Assembly (NCBI GenBank): GCA_965261395.1
Contig: OZ253462.1
Span: 2,432,001 to 2,496,000 of the forward strand
Direction: 5' to 3'
Origin: Candidatus Latescibacterota bacterium
GTDB taxonomy: Bacteria; Latescibacterota; UBA2968; UBA8231
Length of the DNA: 64,000 nt
Shown here: positions 10,978 to 21,700 of the stretch, one piece after another
Layout of the letters: every line of letters begins with the position of its first letter
How positions within the stretch are numbered: position 1 is the stretch's first letter
Made by a program: the position numbers and the translations under genes
Notes under the pieces: generated by a model
The model's database searches: none
The model's input: only the letters and a program-made list of their open reading frames with translations
What the model was told of the DNA's origin: nothing

Positions 10978-13410
10978 TCAGCGCAACAGGAGCAACTTGC
11001 GCACCTGGACCTGCTCACCAGCGCGCAGGCGGTAGATGTAAGCACCAGTGGCTAAGCGCCCGCCCGCATCGTTGCGCCCGTCCCAATGGACCGTGTAGTG
11101 TCCGGCCGCGTGCCAGCCGCGTGCGAGGCGGGCGATCTTTTGGCCGGTGAGGTTGTAGATGGCCAATTCGATGTCGGCTGCTTGCGATAGTGCGAAGCGG
11201 AGGGCGGTGGTGCTATTGAAGGGGTTGGGGACGTTCTGGGTAAGGACGAAGGCGGCAGGTTGGTCCGCGCTGAATACTTCGGCGACGGCCGTTGGCACGT
11301 GCGGCACGGACGGGATGCGCGTTACTAGGCGCACATCGTCTAGGTAGAAGGTACCCGTCATGTTGCCCTCAAAGCGGAGGGCGTCAATCCAGTCCACTTG
11401 GTCGCGGAGGCCGGGACCGTAATAATTGGGCTGGTCGAAGGCCGTAAAGGGGATTTCTAGGACCTGCCACTCGCGGCGCAAAAAATCGATTTGAAACTGC
11501 TCGGGATCGCGCGCCAAATCCACGCCAATGCCGTCGATGAAGAGAACGAAGATGGGAAAGGTCGGCAGTTCGCTGTCGCCGGGATGGAAGGCGAAGCGCA
11601 GGCCGGCAAAACCGAGGGGATCAACGGGCGCGTCTGGACGGAATTCGATGGCCCACGGAGTGTAGAAGTTTTTGGGCTCCGCCTCGACGGCAGCGACGCG
11701 GGTGCCGTCGAAGATGGGGCCATCGCCGGTGGCTTGCACTTGGGCACCCTTGTCGCCGGCCAACTGCCAGTTGGCCGCTATGCTCTCGTCAAAGACGGAC
11801 AAGTCCGGCGGCAAGAGGGCGATTGAGTGGATGAAATCGAAGCCCTTGAAGACGCCGTCGATCTCTTGTTCGAGGCGCACGACCACTTCGTACAAGCCCT
11901 TGGACAGGTCGGCAGTCTCCAAGCGGGTGTCGAGTTGGTAGGTATGGTCGTCGAGGGCGACCAGCGGCAGGGCTGCCGGACCGCCCAAGGAGCTTAAATC
12001 CGCGGTCAGGCGAGGCGGTCCGCCGTCGGGAACGAGCCGTTCGACGCGTACCGTAGCGCGGACTTGGAGCGCATCGCCGATGGACAGGGTGTCGGGTATC
12101 TGGGGTTCCCACGAGCCGCCGATGGGGCTATAGGTGATCTTGATGACGAGGTCATTGCGGTTGTCGCTGGTGACGTATAGACTGCCCTCGGCGTCGGTGG
12201 CAAGCCCGACGGGGAAGCCCCAGACATCGCCTTGGGTCTGCCCGGCCTGGAAGCCGGTGATAAAGCTGCCCATGCGGGCGTCGCTGCCATCGGGTTGGCT
12301 AAAGAGGGCGGCCACTTGGTAGCCGGGGTGCGACGAGAGCTTGGCTTTGCCGGCGCGGAAGGCGACGAGGGCGGTGTTGTGGTAGCGGGTGGGGAACTGG
12401 TCGCCGGTGTAGAAGTGGAGGCCCATCGGCGCGTAGTGGGCCGGCACCAAGGCCACCGGGCGTTTTTGGGTGGCGACGAGGAGGCTGTCATCGCGGGTGA
12501 TGGGCAGTACTTTTTCGTAGCCATCAATGGCGAAGTCGCTCCAGACTTGATGGCTGTGGACCAAAGGATAGCCCATAAAGTCTTGGTCGCCGATGATGTC
12601 AATCCACTCAGGCGGACGAGTGCGGCCTTCGAGATCGTGACCGTTGTGGTTGGCCCACAGCGCATTGGTCTGCGGGTGGAAGTCCATGCCGATGACGTGG
12701 CGGATGCCAGTGGCAAAGATGCGGCGGCCGCTGCCGTCGGGATTGAATTGCACGATGGTGCCGCGCTCGGGGTGGTGGGGCACTCGGTTGGTGGTGTTGC
12801 CGACGACCTGAAAGCCCTCGTCCATGCGGCACAGGTCGCAGGGCGAGCCGACCGACAGATACATTTTGTCGTTGCGGCGATCGACGACGAGGGTGCGGGT
12901 ATCGTGCCAGCCCTCCCAAGGAACGTCGGGCAGGACGACTTCTTCTTGCTCGTATACTAGGTCGCCGTCGGTGTCGCGCACGCGGATGACTTGGTGTTCC
13001 TCGGCGACGTAGAGCGCGCCTTTGTAGAACAGTAGGCTGTGGGCTTCTTTGAGTCCGCGCAGGGCGACGATGCGCTCGTCGGCGACGCCATCGCGGTCGC
13101 GGTCGGGCAGGGCGACGATCTGGCCGGCACTCATGTTGGCCACGTGCAACACGCCATTGGCGTCAAAGGCCATAAAGCGGGGTTTGCGTAGCCCCTCGTG
13201 GGCGAAGACGTGGGCCGAGAAGCCAGGGGGAAGGTTGAGCATCAAGTCTTGGGGCACGGCACCGCGAAAGGACTCGGGTACGATGAGCGGGGTCGGCTGT
13301 AAGCCCAGATCGACTGCGGGGACTAGCGTTCCGGCGGGGTAGCCTTCGTCTTGGGCCATCCCGGCAGCGGCTAAGCTGAGGGCGAGAGCGAATGATCTGA
13401 CGATGTACAT
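10978..13410 (-). CDS. Secreted sorbosone/glucose (PQQ-type) dehydrogenase with C-terminal FlgD/sorting domain
   Basis: LPPGFSAHVFA, PRFMAF, LPDRDRDGVAD, SVGSPCDLC, HYAPMGLHFY, PVGLATDAEGSLYVTSD; C-terminal QNVPNPFN...WDGRND...RKLLLLR. Confidence 0.85.
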   Translation of the reverse strand: MYIVRSFALALSLAAAGMAQDEGYPAGTLVPAVDLGLQPTPLIVPESFRGAVPQDLMLNLPPGFSAHVFAHEGLRKPRFMAFDANGVLHVANMSAGQIVALPDRDRDGVADERIVALRGLKEAHSLLFYKGALYVAEEHQVIRVRDTDGDLVYEQEEVVLPDVPWEGWHDTRTLVVDRRNDKMYLSVGSPCDLCRMDEGFQVVGNTTNRVPHHPERGTIVQFNPDGSGRRIFATGIRHVIGMDFHPQTNALWANHNGHDLEGRTRPPEWIDIIGDQDFMGYPLVHSHQVWSDFAIDGYEKVLPITRDDSLLVATQKRPVALVPAHYAPMGLHFYTGDQFPTRYHNTALVAFRAGKAKLSSHPGYQVAALFSQPDGSDARMGSFITGFQAGQTQGDVWGFPVGLATDAEGSLYVTSDNRNDLVIKITYSPIGGSWEPQIPDTLSIGDALQVRATVRVERLVPDGGPPRLTADLSSLGGPAALPLVALDDHTYQLDTRLETADLSKGLYEVVVRLEQEIDGVFKGFDFIHSIALLPPDLSVFDESIAANWQLAGDKGAQVQATGDGPIFDGTRVAAVEAEPKNFYTPWAIEFRPDAPVDPLGFAGLRFAFHPGDSELPTFPIFVLFIDGIGVDLARDPEQFQIDFLRREWQVLEIPFTAFDQPNYYGPGLRDQVDWIDALRFEGNMTGTFYLDDVRLVTRIPSVPHVPTAVAEVFSADQPAAFVLTQNVPNPFNSTTALRFALSQAADIELAIYNLTGQKIARLARGWHAAGHYTVHWDGRNDAGGRLATGAYIYRLRAGEQVQVRKLLLLR

Positions 13411-13574
13411 GGGGGATCTTTTGGGATGGGATAGATATTCGTCCCTAAATTAGCATTTTTTGTACTAGGTGTGTCAATAATTCTAATTGTAGAATAAGTC
13501 ACCAGTGGCAAGTGCCCCTATTGAAAGCAGACAGGCATTTTCCACTTTCTACTCAGTCGAAGGATCTGATACTG

Positions 13575-14414
13575 ATGTCCTTTATGCCGCTCATAGGACG
13601 CATTGTGCTAGGAATCGCCGTGCTGGCTGTGGTGGGCTACGTTTTGGCCGCGGCCTATCTCTATTTTTTTCAGGAAAAATTCGTCTATAAGCCGAGTGCC
13701 CGCATAGAGGTCACGCCGGCCTCGGTGGGGATGCACTACGAAGAAGTCGCGTTGGTCGCCAGCGACGGGGTGCGGCTGACTGGGTGGTATCTGCCATTGG
13801 CCGATGCGAGGGGCACGGTGCTTTTTTGTCACGGCAATGCGGGTAACATATCGCATCTGCTCGCAGTGGCCGAGGACGCGCACCGGTTGGGCTTGGGGAT
13901 TTTGCTGTTTGACTATCGCGGCTATGGCCAGAGCGAGGGCACACTCTCTGAGGAAGGTACATACCTCGATGTAGAGGCGGCTTGGAATTACTTGGTGCAA
14001 GAAGCCGGGCTGGCCCCGGATCAAATTGCGATTGTCGGCCGCTCGCTGGGTGGGCCGATCGCCGCGCGGTTGGCGCGGGACAAGATGCCGGCTGCCCTGT
14101 TCTTAGAGGAGACCTTTACCTCCATACCCGAGCTGGGCCGAGAGCTGTATCCGATCTTTCCGGTCGGTCTGCTCGCCCGCTACGAGTATCCCACGCTGGA
14201 GTACCTAAAGCAGGTCCAATGCCCGGTGCTGATTTCCCACAGCCGCGACGACGGGTTTATTGTATTCGCGCACGGCCAGCGGCTGTACGAGGCCGCCAGT
14301 CAGCCCAAGGCGTTTACGGAGTTGCGAGGTGGCCATAGCTCGGCCTTTAGCGAGGATGCCGCCGCGTATGAGGCCGGGGTGGAGGCGTTCTTGACGGAGG
14401 TGCTGGGGTGGTGA
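13575..14414 (+). CDS. Membrane-anchored alpha/beta hydrolase
   Basis: N-terminal TM helix, HGNAGN, DYRGYG, GRSLGG nucleophile elbow, HSRDD, GGH. Confidence 0.9.
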   Translation: MSFMPLIGRIVLGIAVLAVVGYVLAAAYLYFFQEKFVYKPSARIEVTPASVGMHYEEVALVASDGVRLTGWYLPLADARGTVLFCHGNAGNISHLLAVAEDAHRLGLGILLFDYRGYGQSEGTLSEEGTYLDVEAAWNYLVQEAGLAPDQIAIVGRSLGGPIAARLARDKMPAALFLEETFTSIPELGRELYPIFPVGLLARYEYPTLEYLKQVQCPVLISHSRDDGFIVFAHGQRLYEAASQPKAFTELRGGHSSAFSEDAAAYEAGVEAFLTEVLGW

Positions 14415-14441
14415 TGGAGAGGATTTCATTTATGACGTTAC

Positions 14442-14469
14442 GTAGGGGCGACCGGCCGGTCGCCCCTAC
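14442..14469. repeat. REP-like 28-bp perfect palindrome (GTAG type)
   Basis: GTAGGGGCGACCGG-CCGGTCGCCCCTAC, intergenic. Confidence 0.8.
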
Positions 14470-14495
14470 CACAAAACCAACCTGTGGAGGTAGAG

Positions 14496-15716
14496 ATGAA
14501 CGAAACAAAGAAGGGTGAGGTCGTCCAATTGGCGATGGTGGGTTGCGGCGGCATGGCCGGGGCGCACCTACGGGGATACGAAGAGCTGTTGGAAAAGGGC
14601 GAGACGCGGTTTCGCATTGTCGCGGCCGTAGATGAGGTGCCCGCACGCGCCGAGGAGTTTGCCGCGCGGATCAATGGGTTTGCTGGGTGGGAGGTCAATA
14701 CCTATGCGAGCGTGACCGAATTGCTGGCCGGAGAAGACGCGCTCGACGGGGCCGATATATGCAGCCCGCACGGCTTGCACCACGTGCTGGCCTGCGAACT
14801 GCTAGAGGGCGGGGTTAACGTGCTGGTCGAAAAGCCGATTGGCGTCACAGTGCGGGCTTCGAAGAAGATCGCGCAGACGGCGCAGCGCTGCGGTCGGGTT
14901 GCTGCCACGGCCGAGCAGTGCCGCCGCGCCTTGGGCCAGCGCACGATTCACTGGGCCTTCAACGACGGCCTGTTGGGCGCGCCGAAGATGTGGTGGGCCG
15001 TGCAGGCGGGGTGGAACGATCCGGCCCAAGTGCCCAATTGGCACTGGCGAATCGATCGCAAATTAGGCGGCTGCGGCATGGTCATGGATAGCGGGGCACA
15101 CTGGGTTGACACCATGCGCTATTGGTTTGGCGAGATCGACAGCGTGTACGCCCGGGTCGAGCAGATCTACCCGCGCCCCCATAGCAAAGGCGAGGAAATT
15201 GTCAATAGTGCGTCCGAGGACTTTTGGACCAGCATATTCAACTTCGAAAGCGGCTTGATTGGCACTTGGTCGTGGACGATCAGTGCGCCGGGCAAGGGCT
15301 TTACCCAACTGACGCTGAGCGGCGAGAAGGGGTCAATCATCGACACGGATATTTTCCACCCGGCGGCCTTTCAGGCGCGCGGCGAGTGCCAGCTCGCCGA
15401 CGGTACCACGCACAGCATGGACGAGCTGCAGGAAATGTATTTGGCGACCCTGAGCGAGGAGAAAAAGGACGCGCTCTTCCCGTATGGGATCACTGGTGGG
15501 GTGACGCTGGAATTGTGGGATTTTATCGACGCGTTGAGCAAGGGTCGGCCGGTAGAAATCGACGCGGAGGAAGGTTTGCGCAGCAAGGCCGTCAGCGAGG
15601 CCATCTACGAATCCGGCCAGTCCGGGCAGGTGGTGCAGGTCGCCGATGTGCTGGCGGGCAAGGTCGACGGGTACCAGCGCGATGTCGATCAGGCGTGGGG
15701 GTTAGTCGCCGGTTAA
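14496..15716 (+). CDS. Gfo/Idh/MocA oxidoreductase
   Basis: VGCGGMAGAH, CSPHGLH, VLVEKP, DSGAHWVD. GGAGG RBS. Confidence 0.92.
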   Translation: MNETKKGEVVQLAMVGCGGMAGAHLRGYEELLEKGETRFRIVAAVDEVPARAEEFAARINGFAGWEVNTYASVTELLAGEDALDGADICSPHGLHHVLACELLEGGVNVLVEKPIGVTVRASKKIAQTAQRCGRVAATAEQCRRALGQRTIHWAFNDGLLGAPKMWWAVQAGWNDPAQVPNWHWRIDRKLGGCGMVMDSGAHWVDTMRYWFGEIDSVYARVEQIYPRPHSKGEEIVNSASEDFWTSIFNFESGLIGTWSWTISAPGKGFTQLTLSGEKGSIIDTDIFHPAAFQARGECQLADGTTHSMDELQEMYLATLSEEKKDALFPYGITGGVTLELWDFIDALSKGRPVEIDAEEGLRSKAVSEAIYESGQSGQVVQVADVLAGKVDGYQRDVDQAWGLVAG

Positions 15717-16721
15717 GCGGCACCAGAGCCGCTTTAGGGCTTGGTCGGTGCGCTGGGCGTCGAATGGGTTGTTGGTGCGCTGGAGGTCGGCGATGCGCTC
15801 GGGATGGGATGGGTCCGGCAACAGGCGGAACGTGAAGAAGTAGGCACCGGTGGAATCGAGATAGAAGTCGGAGCGGCCAAAGCGCAGGTCGTAGAAGTAA
15901 AGCGCGTCGTCGCGTCGCTCCACCTGATAGTACCCGCGCGAAAACCAGAACAGGCGCTGGACGGGTGGGTCGGCGCGCCGGGGGGCGATGAGGTGGGTGT
16001 TGCGCTCGATGCGGCGGAAGCGGATCGCCGAGTCGTCGTCGAGCAGGGAGTACAGCCCGGCCCACAGGTGGTCGTCCGCGCCGGCCAAGCCCGACCACAG
16101 CACGGCGTTGAATGGGGTCGGCGCGACGTACAGGCGTTCGTAGGCAATGTCTTGGTCGGCGAGGGCATGGGCAAAGGTACTGCGCACGTGCAGGCAAATC
16201 GCGGTGGTAGCGAGCAGATACGCCGTGCTCAAGCCGAGGCCTAGCGCGTTGAGCCGCCGCCGCCAGGGCAGTCGCCGCTGGCACAGGGCGGCGATGAGGC
16301 CAATGGCTAAGGGCAGGGTATAGAGCGGGTCTATGACGAAGATGGCACTGAAGGCGACCGGGTAGTTGCTGAACGGACTGAACAATTGGGTGCCGTACCC
16401 GGTGAAGCAGTCGAGGAGGGCGTGCGTGAGGATTGCCCAGAACGCCAGCGCGGCCCACTCGCGCCCACTCGCGCCCCGGTGTAGCTTGGACAGCGTCCAG
16501 CCCACCCCGAGGCCACCGACCACCGCAAAGAGCAGGGAGTGCGACACCCAGCGGTGAACGACCAGTTGGGCCGTCCCCGACAGAAAGGCCGCGCCCAACA
16601 CATCGAGGTCTGGAAGGATGCCGACGGCCGCGCCCCACAGGGGGGCCTTGTTGCCAACCTTTTTGCCTAAGACCTTTTCGCCGACGGCCGCGCCGAGCGC
16701 GATTTGCGTAACGCTATCCAT
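15702..16721 (-). CDS. Membrane-bound metal-dependent hydrolase (YdjM-like)
   Basis: MDSVTQIALGAA, LPDLD, HRWVSHS, THALLDCFTGYGT, IDPLYT, DLRFG. Confidence 0.9.
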   Translation of the reverse strand: MDSVTQIALGAAVGEKVLGKKVGNKAPLWGAAVGILPDLDVLGAAFLSGTAQLVVHRWVSHSLLFAVVGGLGVGWTLSKLHRGASGREWAALAFWAILTHALLDCFTGYGTQLFSPFSNYPVAFSAIFVIDPLYTLPLAIGLIAALCQRRLPWRRRLNALGLGLSTAYLLATTAICLHVRSTFAHALADQDIAYERLYVAPTPFNAVLWSGLAGADDHLWAGLYSLLDDDSAIRFRRIERNTHLIAPRRADPPVQRLFWFSRGYYQVERRDDALYFYDLRFGRSDFYLDSTGAYFFTFRLLPDPSHPERIADLQRTNNPFDAQRTDQALKRLWCRLTGD

Positions 16722-17562
16722 GGGAGCTTTAGATTTGCAGAGAACAACGTACGAAGAAAACGCCGCGAGTGCATTGTGGCGGCCCGTGGGGCCGGACGAG
16801 TGCGCCGACCCGCTCCGCGCCTTGGCCCGGGCGGATATACCGGCAATCCTGTTGCCCCAGGTCTGCAAGCCAGCCGATTGCCAGCGGCTAATAGAGCGCT
16901 TTGGCGAGCGCGGGTTGCTGCGCGCCCCGGGCAACGAGCGCTCGCGCATCGACATTGGCACTAGCCTCGGTAACTTGGGTGGCGACCAAGAGGCATTCTT
17001 GGCTGATGCAGAGGAGACGCACGCGCTTTTTGCCACCCTTTTTGAGGGTTTGCTCGATCCAGTGCAACTGCTCTATCGGCACTTGCAGGGGTTGGCACCA
17101 AACAAGGCGGTTAAGACGGCACGCGAGCGCGACGGACGCTTGTATGGCCCGGCCATCTTCCGCATCCACTACGAGACCCACTCCTATAGTCCGCACATCG
17201 ACCACGTGGTCCTGCGCGAAAAGCGGTTCAACTATGCGGTGGCTCGCTTTACCCACCAATTTGCCGGCGTGCTATGCGTGCAGAACGCGGATTCTGCGGG
17301 CCCCGGGGTGCAAGCTGTGTTGCACCGTTGCCTGTGGACCGAGGAGATACAGCCGTATATCGCCGAGGGCGGTTTTCACGAGTACGCGGCCGCGCACGGC
17401 GTGGAGCACTGCGAGGTCGCGCTTGAGCCGGGCGATCTGTATTTCTTCAATACGCGCTGCATCCACGAGGTCCCAGCGGTGCAGGGGGACGATCCGCGAG
17501 TAGTGCTCGCCGCCTTCATTGGCTATGCCGAAGACGACGACGAAATCTACGTGTGGTCTTAA
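16720..17562 (+). CDS. 2OG-Fe(II) oxygenase superfamily protein
   Basis: PHID (HxD), GDLYFFN..IHEV, distal R (PRVVLAAF). Start may instead be TTG 16774. Confidence 0.7.
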   Translation: MGALDLQRTTYEENAASALWRPVGPDECADPLRALARADIPAILLPQVCKPADCQRLIERFGERGLLRAPGNERSRIDIGTSLGNLGGDQEAFLADAEETHALFATLFEGLLDPVQLLYRHLQGLAPNKAVKTARERDGRLYGPAIFRIHYETHSYSPHIDHVVLREKRFNYAVARFTHQFAGVLCVQNADSAGPGVQAVLHRCLWTEEIQPYIAEGGFHEYAAAHGVEHCEVALEPGDLYFFNTRCIHEVPAVQGDDPRVVLAAFIGYAEDDDEIYVWS

Positions 17563-17565
17563 CTC

Positions 17566-18663
17566 GTGTTGCCGTTCACGCGCATCGTCCGCGCGCTGCC
17601 GCCGACCGTCCCTTTTGTGCCGCCCGAGGCCTTGGAGAGGCAACAGGGGCAGCCGCTCGCTCTGCGGGTTGGGGCCAATGAGAGCAATTTCGGGATCTCG
17701 CCGCGAGCGCGGCAGGCCATGGTGGAGGCGGTGGATCAAGTGCATTGGTACAACGACCCGGAGGGATACGAGCTGCGCTCGGCGCTGGCGGTGCGGCACG
17801 GGGTGGCGCTGGAAGAGGTCGCCTTGGGCGCGGGTATCGATGAAATCTTGGGACTTTTGGTGCGCCTTTTCGCCGAGCCGGGCGACGCGGTGGTGACCTC
17901 GCTGGGGGCCTATCCCACGTTCAATTACCACGTCGAGGGGTACGGGGCGGTGCTGCACAAGGTGCCCTATCGCGCGGATCGGGAGGACTTGCCGGCCCTG
18001 TTGGATAAGGCGCGGCAAGTGCGTCCCAAGCTGCTTTACGTGGCCAATCCCGACAATCCCATGGGCACCTATCAGCGGGCCGACGAGTTGCGGGATCTTA
18101 TCGCGGAGTTGCCGCCGGGCTGTGTGTTGCTGCTCGACGAAGCGTACATCGACTTCGCGCCTGTGGATGCGCATCTACCGCTGGACACGGAACGGGCGCA
18201 GGTGGTGCGGCTGCGGACGTTTTCCAAGGCACACGGCATGGCCGGGGCGAGAATCGGCTATGCGCTGGCGCACCGCGACATGGTGGCCGCGCTCGACAAA
18301 ATCCGCAACCACTTTGGCGTCAACCGCATCGCCCAGGCTGGCGCGCTCGCTTCGCTGGGCGACGACGAGTTTGTGCGGCAAGTGGTGCGGCAAGTGGAGG
18401 AAGGTCGGCGGGAATACGCTTCGCTGGCGGTGGAATTGGGACTGAAAACGGTGCCTTCGGCGACCAATTTCGTGGCACTCGACGTGGGCAGTGGTAAGCG
18501 TGCGCGGTGCCTGATGCAGGTGCTTTTGCAGCGCGGAGTCTTCGTGCGGATGCCGGGCGTGGCCCCGCTCGACCGCTGCATCCGCCTGACCGTGGGACCA
18601 GCCGCCGAGCGGCAAGCCTTTGCGAAGGTGTTGCGCGAGGTGTTGCCGAAATTAGATACGTGA
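17566..18663 (+). CDS. HisC-like class I/II PLP aminotransferase
   Basis: GANES, NPDNPMG, DEAY, RTFSKAHGMAGARIGY, IRLTVG. Confidence 0.9.
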   Translation: MLPFTRIVRALPPTVPFVPPEALERQQGQPLALRVGANESNFGISPRARQAMVEAVDQVHWYNDPEGYELRSALAVRHGVALEEVALGAGIDEILGLLVRLFAEPGDAVVTSLGAYPTFNYHVEGYGAVLHKVPYRADREDLPALLDKARQVRPKLLYVANPDNPMGTYQRADELRDLIAELPPGCVLLLDEAYIDFAPVDAHLPLDTERAQVVRLRTFSKAHGMAGARIGYALAHRDMVAALDKIRNHFGVNRIAQAGALASLGDDEFVRQVVRQVEEGRREYASLAVELGLKTVPSATNFVALDVGSGKRARCLMQVLLQRGVFVRMPGVAPLDRCIRLTVGPAAERQAFAKVLREVLPKLDT

Positions 18664-18796
18664 GGAAGGGGCAAACGCCCAACTTAAAAGCATAAACTAA
18701 TGAAAATTCCCGTTTTTGAGTCGGCTATGAACATAGGGGTCGAAGGACAATACGCCGAGTTGCTTTTCATGCAGCAAGGCCTTGGAGATATTGCAA

Positions 18797-21700
18797 ATGG
18801 AACATCTGGATCGAATCGTTGCCTATTGGCGTGCATGTCTTGCAGACAGTGCTCGTCGTAATATTGACTCAAGCAGACTTGAAAAGGCTCATTCAGTTGA
18901 GATTACTATAGAGCCATCAAGGAGTTATATACCCTCACAGATAGCCAGCAGAATGGTGGATGATTTTAAGAGGAAAGAGAAGAAAAAAACATCGCGTCAG
19001 AAAGCTGTTTCTCAAGAAAAATCGACTGAAGAAGGTGAGCTTGTCAGTGTATTGATATGCCCAATTGTTGCACGTCCAAAAACCGATCATACGATCCGCA
19101 GGGTAGGGAGAGAAAAGCCATTGACACCTGTGTGGATACCAGCTCGGTTATCGCGGGATGGGGATCTCACTCCTTCCGACGAGTTCATGCCGTGGATTCC
19201 ACGAGATCTACTAGCGCCAGCTCAGGTGGCAGAGACTATTGGCAATGTTGAAGCGATGGATCACTTCCTCACACACAATCCGACGATTCAAAATGGAGAA
19301 AACCCTGACAATGAACCTCGCTGGATCGATGTGTGTCAATACAGTAATGATATGCTACAACGCGTTGTCGGACAGACGGTTGAAGAGTTCGATGTTAAAG
19401 GTTATGAAAGAGAGGTAACTCCCCGCATTTTACTCAATGAGGATGTATGGTTCATCCCGTCTCATATTATCAGACTATACGACGCGATTTTGCTCAGACT
19501 CGAGGATGAGTCGTTAGCACCTCCCAAACTTTTACCTCGCTTAACGTCTTTGCGTGATGAACCGCTGCGTCCCTTGCTGGATGAGAACCAAAGGGTTGAA
19601 AAATCAGCTCAACATCTCGGGTACATGGAGTGGCGTCATCCGTTATCCGTATCTCAACGTGAAGCTGTCGATCACTTTTTAACTTTGTCGGATGGGGGAA
19701 TACTAGCGATCAATGGCCCACCGGGAACGGGTAAGACGACATTGCTGCAAAGTGTTGTCGCCTCATTGTGGGTTGATGCAGCTTTACATGAGCGTGAACC
19801 GCCGGTTATTTTTGCGTCTTCGTCGAACAACCAAGCTGTCACCAATGTTATAGACAGCTTTGGAGACGTACCTGAAGATAAATCTTTGTTGAGAGGCCGA
19901 TGGATTCCAGAGCTCAAGAGTTATGGCCTCTTTTGTCCATCTTCAAGCAGAGCACAGGAAGCTCTGGACAGACAGTATCAAATAACAACGAGCTGGCCCA
20001 ATCCCAGCGGATTTTTCCTACCGCCAAGTTCTGAAAATTCTGAAAAATGGAATGGAGGCAATATCGAGGACGAAGTATTTATTTCTCTCGCTGAGCAGTA
20101 TTTTCTCGAGCGTTGTCGTGACTATATGAAGAGTTGTGGAAATATGAATGTCGTCAATGTCAAGGACGCGGTCAGATTGCTGCATCGACAACTTGAGGAG
20201 AAGACCAATGTTATTTACCAAGGGGTTCAAACATGGTTGCAGGTGGAGCGTATCAAAACCGAATTATCGGACCGTTATGGCAGTCGTGGAGGTATTGAAA
20301 CACATCTGACCCAGTGTGCAAATGATTTGGAAGTATGCCAGAAGGAAATCGTTCAATACAGAGAAGCTCAACAAGGCTGGCTGAACCATGTAGATACCGT
20401 TGTTTCATTCTTCAAACAGCTTGTTAAGGGTGCTCGAAACCAAGAACAGGGTTTCGCCGAGAAACTACGTCAAGCTGGACGTGATTGGCGAGATCATGCG
20501 GATACCATTCTTTTATTCTTCGAGCAGCGTGTCAAGGAGGCTGGGAATCAAGAACGAGATTTCGCCGAGAAACTACATCAAATACAAACTGGATTATCAG
20601 ACCTCTATGGCGGCGGTCATAGGGGCATTGAAACACATCTGACCCAGTGTGCAAATGATTTGGAGACATGTCAGAAAAAGATAGTTCAATACAGAGAAGT
20701 CCAACAAGGCTGGCTGGACCATGTAGATACCGTTCTTTCTTTCTTCAAGCAGCTTGTCGAGGACGCTGAGAACCAGGAACAGGGTTTCGCCGAGAAACTA
20801 CATCAAGCTGGACGTGATTGGCGAGATCATGCGGATACCATTCTTTTATTCTTCGAGCAGCGTGTCAAGGAGGCTGGGAATCAGGAACGGGGTTTCGCCG
20901 AGAAACTACATCAAATACAAACTGGATTATCGGACCTCTATGGTAGTCACGGGGGCATTGAAACGCGCCTGACCCAGTGTGCAAATGATTTGGAAGTATG
21001 CCAGAAGGAAATCGTTCAATACAGAGAAGCCCAACACGACTGGCTGGACCATGTGGATACCGTTATTCCATTCTTCAAGCAGCTTGTCAAGGACGCTGAG
21101 AACCAGGAACAGGGTTTCGCCGAGAAACTACATCAAGCTGGACGTGATTGGCGAGATCATGCGGATACCATTCTTTTATTCTTCGAGCAGCGTGTCAAGG
21201 AGGCTGGGAATCAGGAACGGGGTTTCGCCGAGAAACTACATCAAATACAAACTGGATTATCGGACCTCTATGGTAGTCGCGGAGGCGTTGAAACACATCT
21301 GACCCAGTGTGCAAATGATTTGGAGACATGTCAGAAAAAGATCGTTCAATACAGAGAAGCTCAACAAGGCTGGCTGGACCATGTGGATACCATGCCATGG
21401 TGGATGACACTATTTGGATTTCTCCCATGGGTCAAAGGCCGTATCGAGATACGCAATCGACGTTATCTTTTGTCTATTCGTTCGACGTGTCTAGTTGATC
21501 CATTGGATATCAAAGGTATCATGGATTTCTTCGACGGGTGTGTCAAGGAGGCTGAGAACCAAGAACGGGATTGCGCCGAAAGACTGCATCAAATCGAACG
21601 CGATTGGCGAGATCATGCGGACACCATTTTTTCATTCTTCGACGGGTGTGTCAAGGAGGCTGAGAACCAAGAACGGGATTGTGCCGAAAGACTGCATCAA

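Noticed and set aside
16719-16722. Divergent genes sharing overlapping ATGs in one CATG
   Set aside because: An in-frame TTG at 16774 gives an ordinary intergenic gap, so the overlap cannot be supported.
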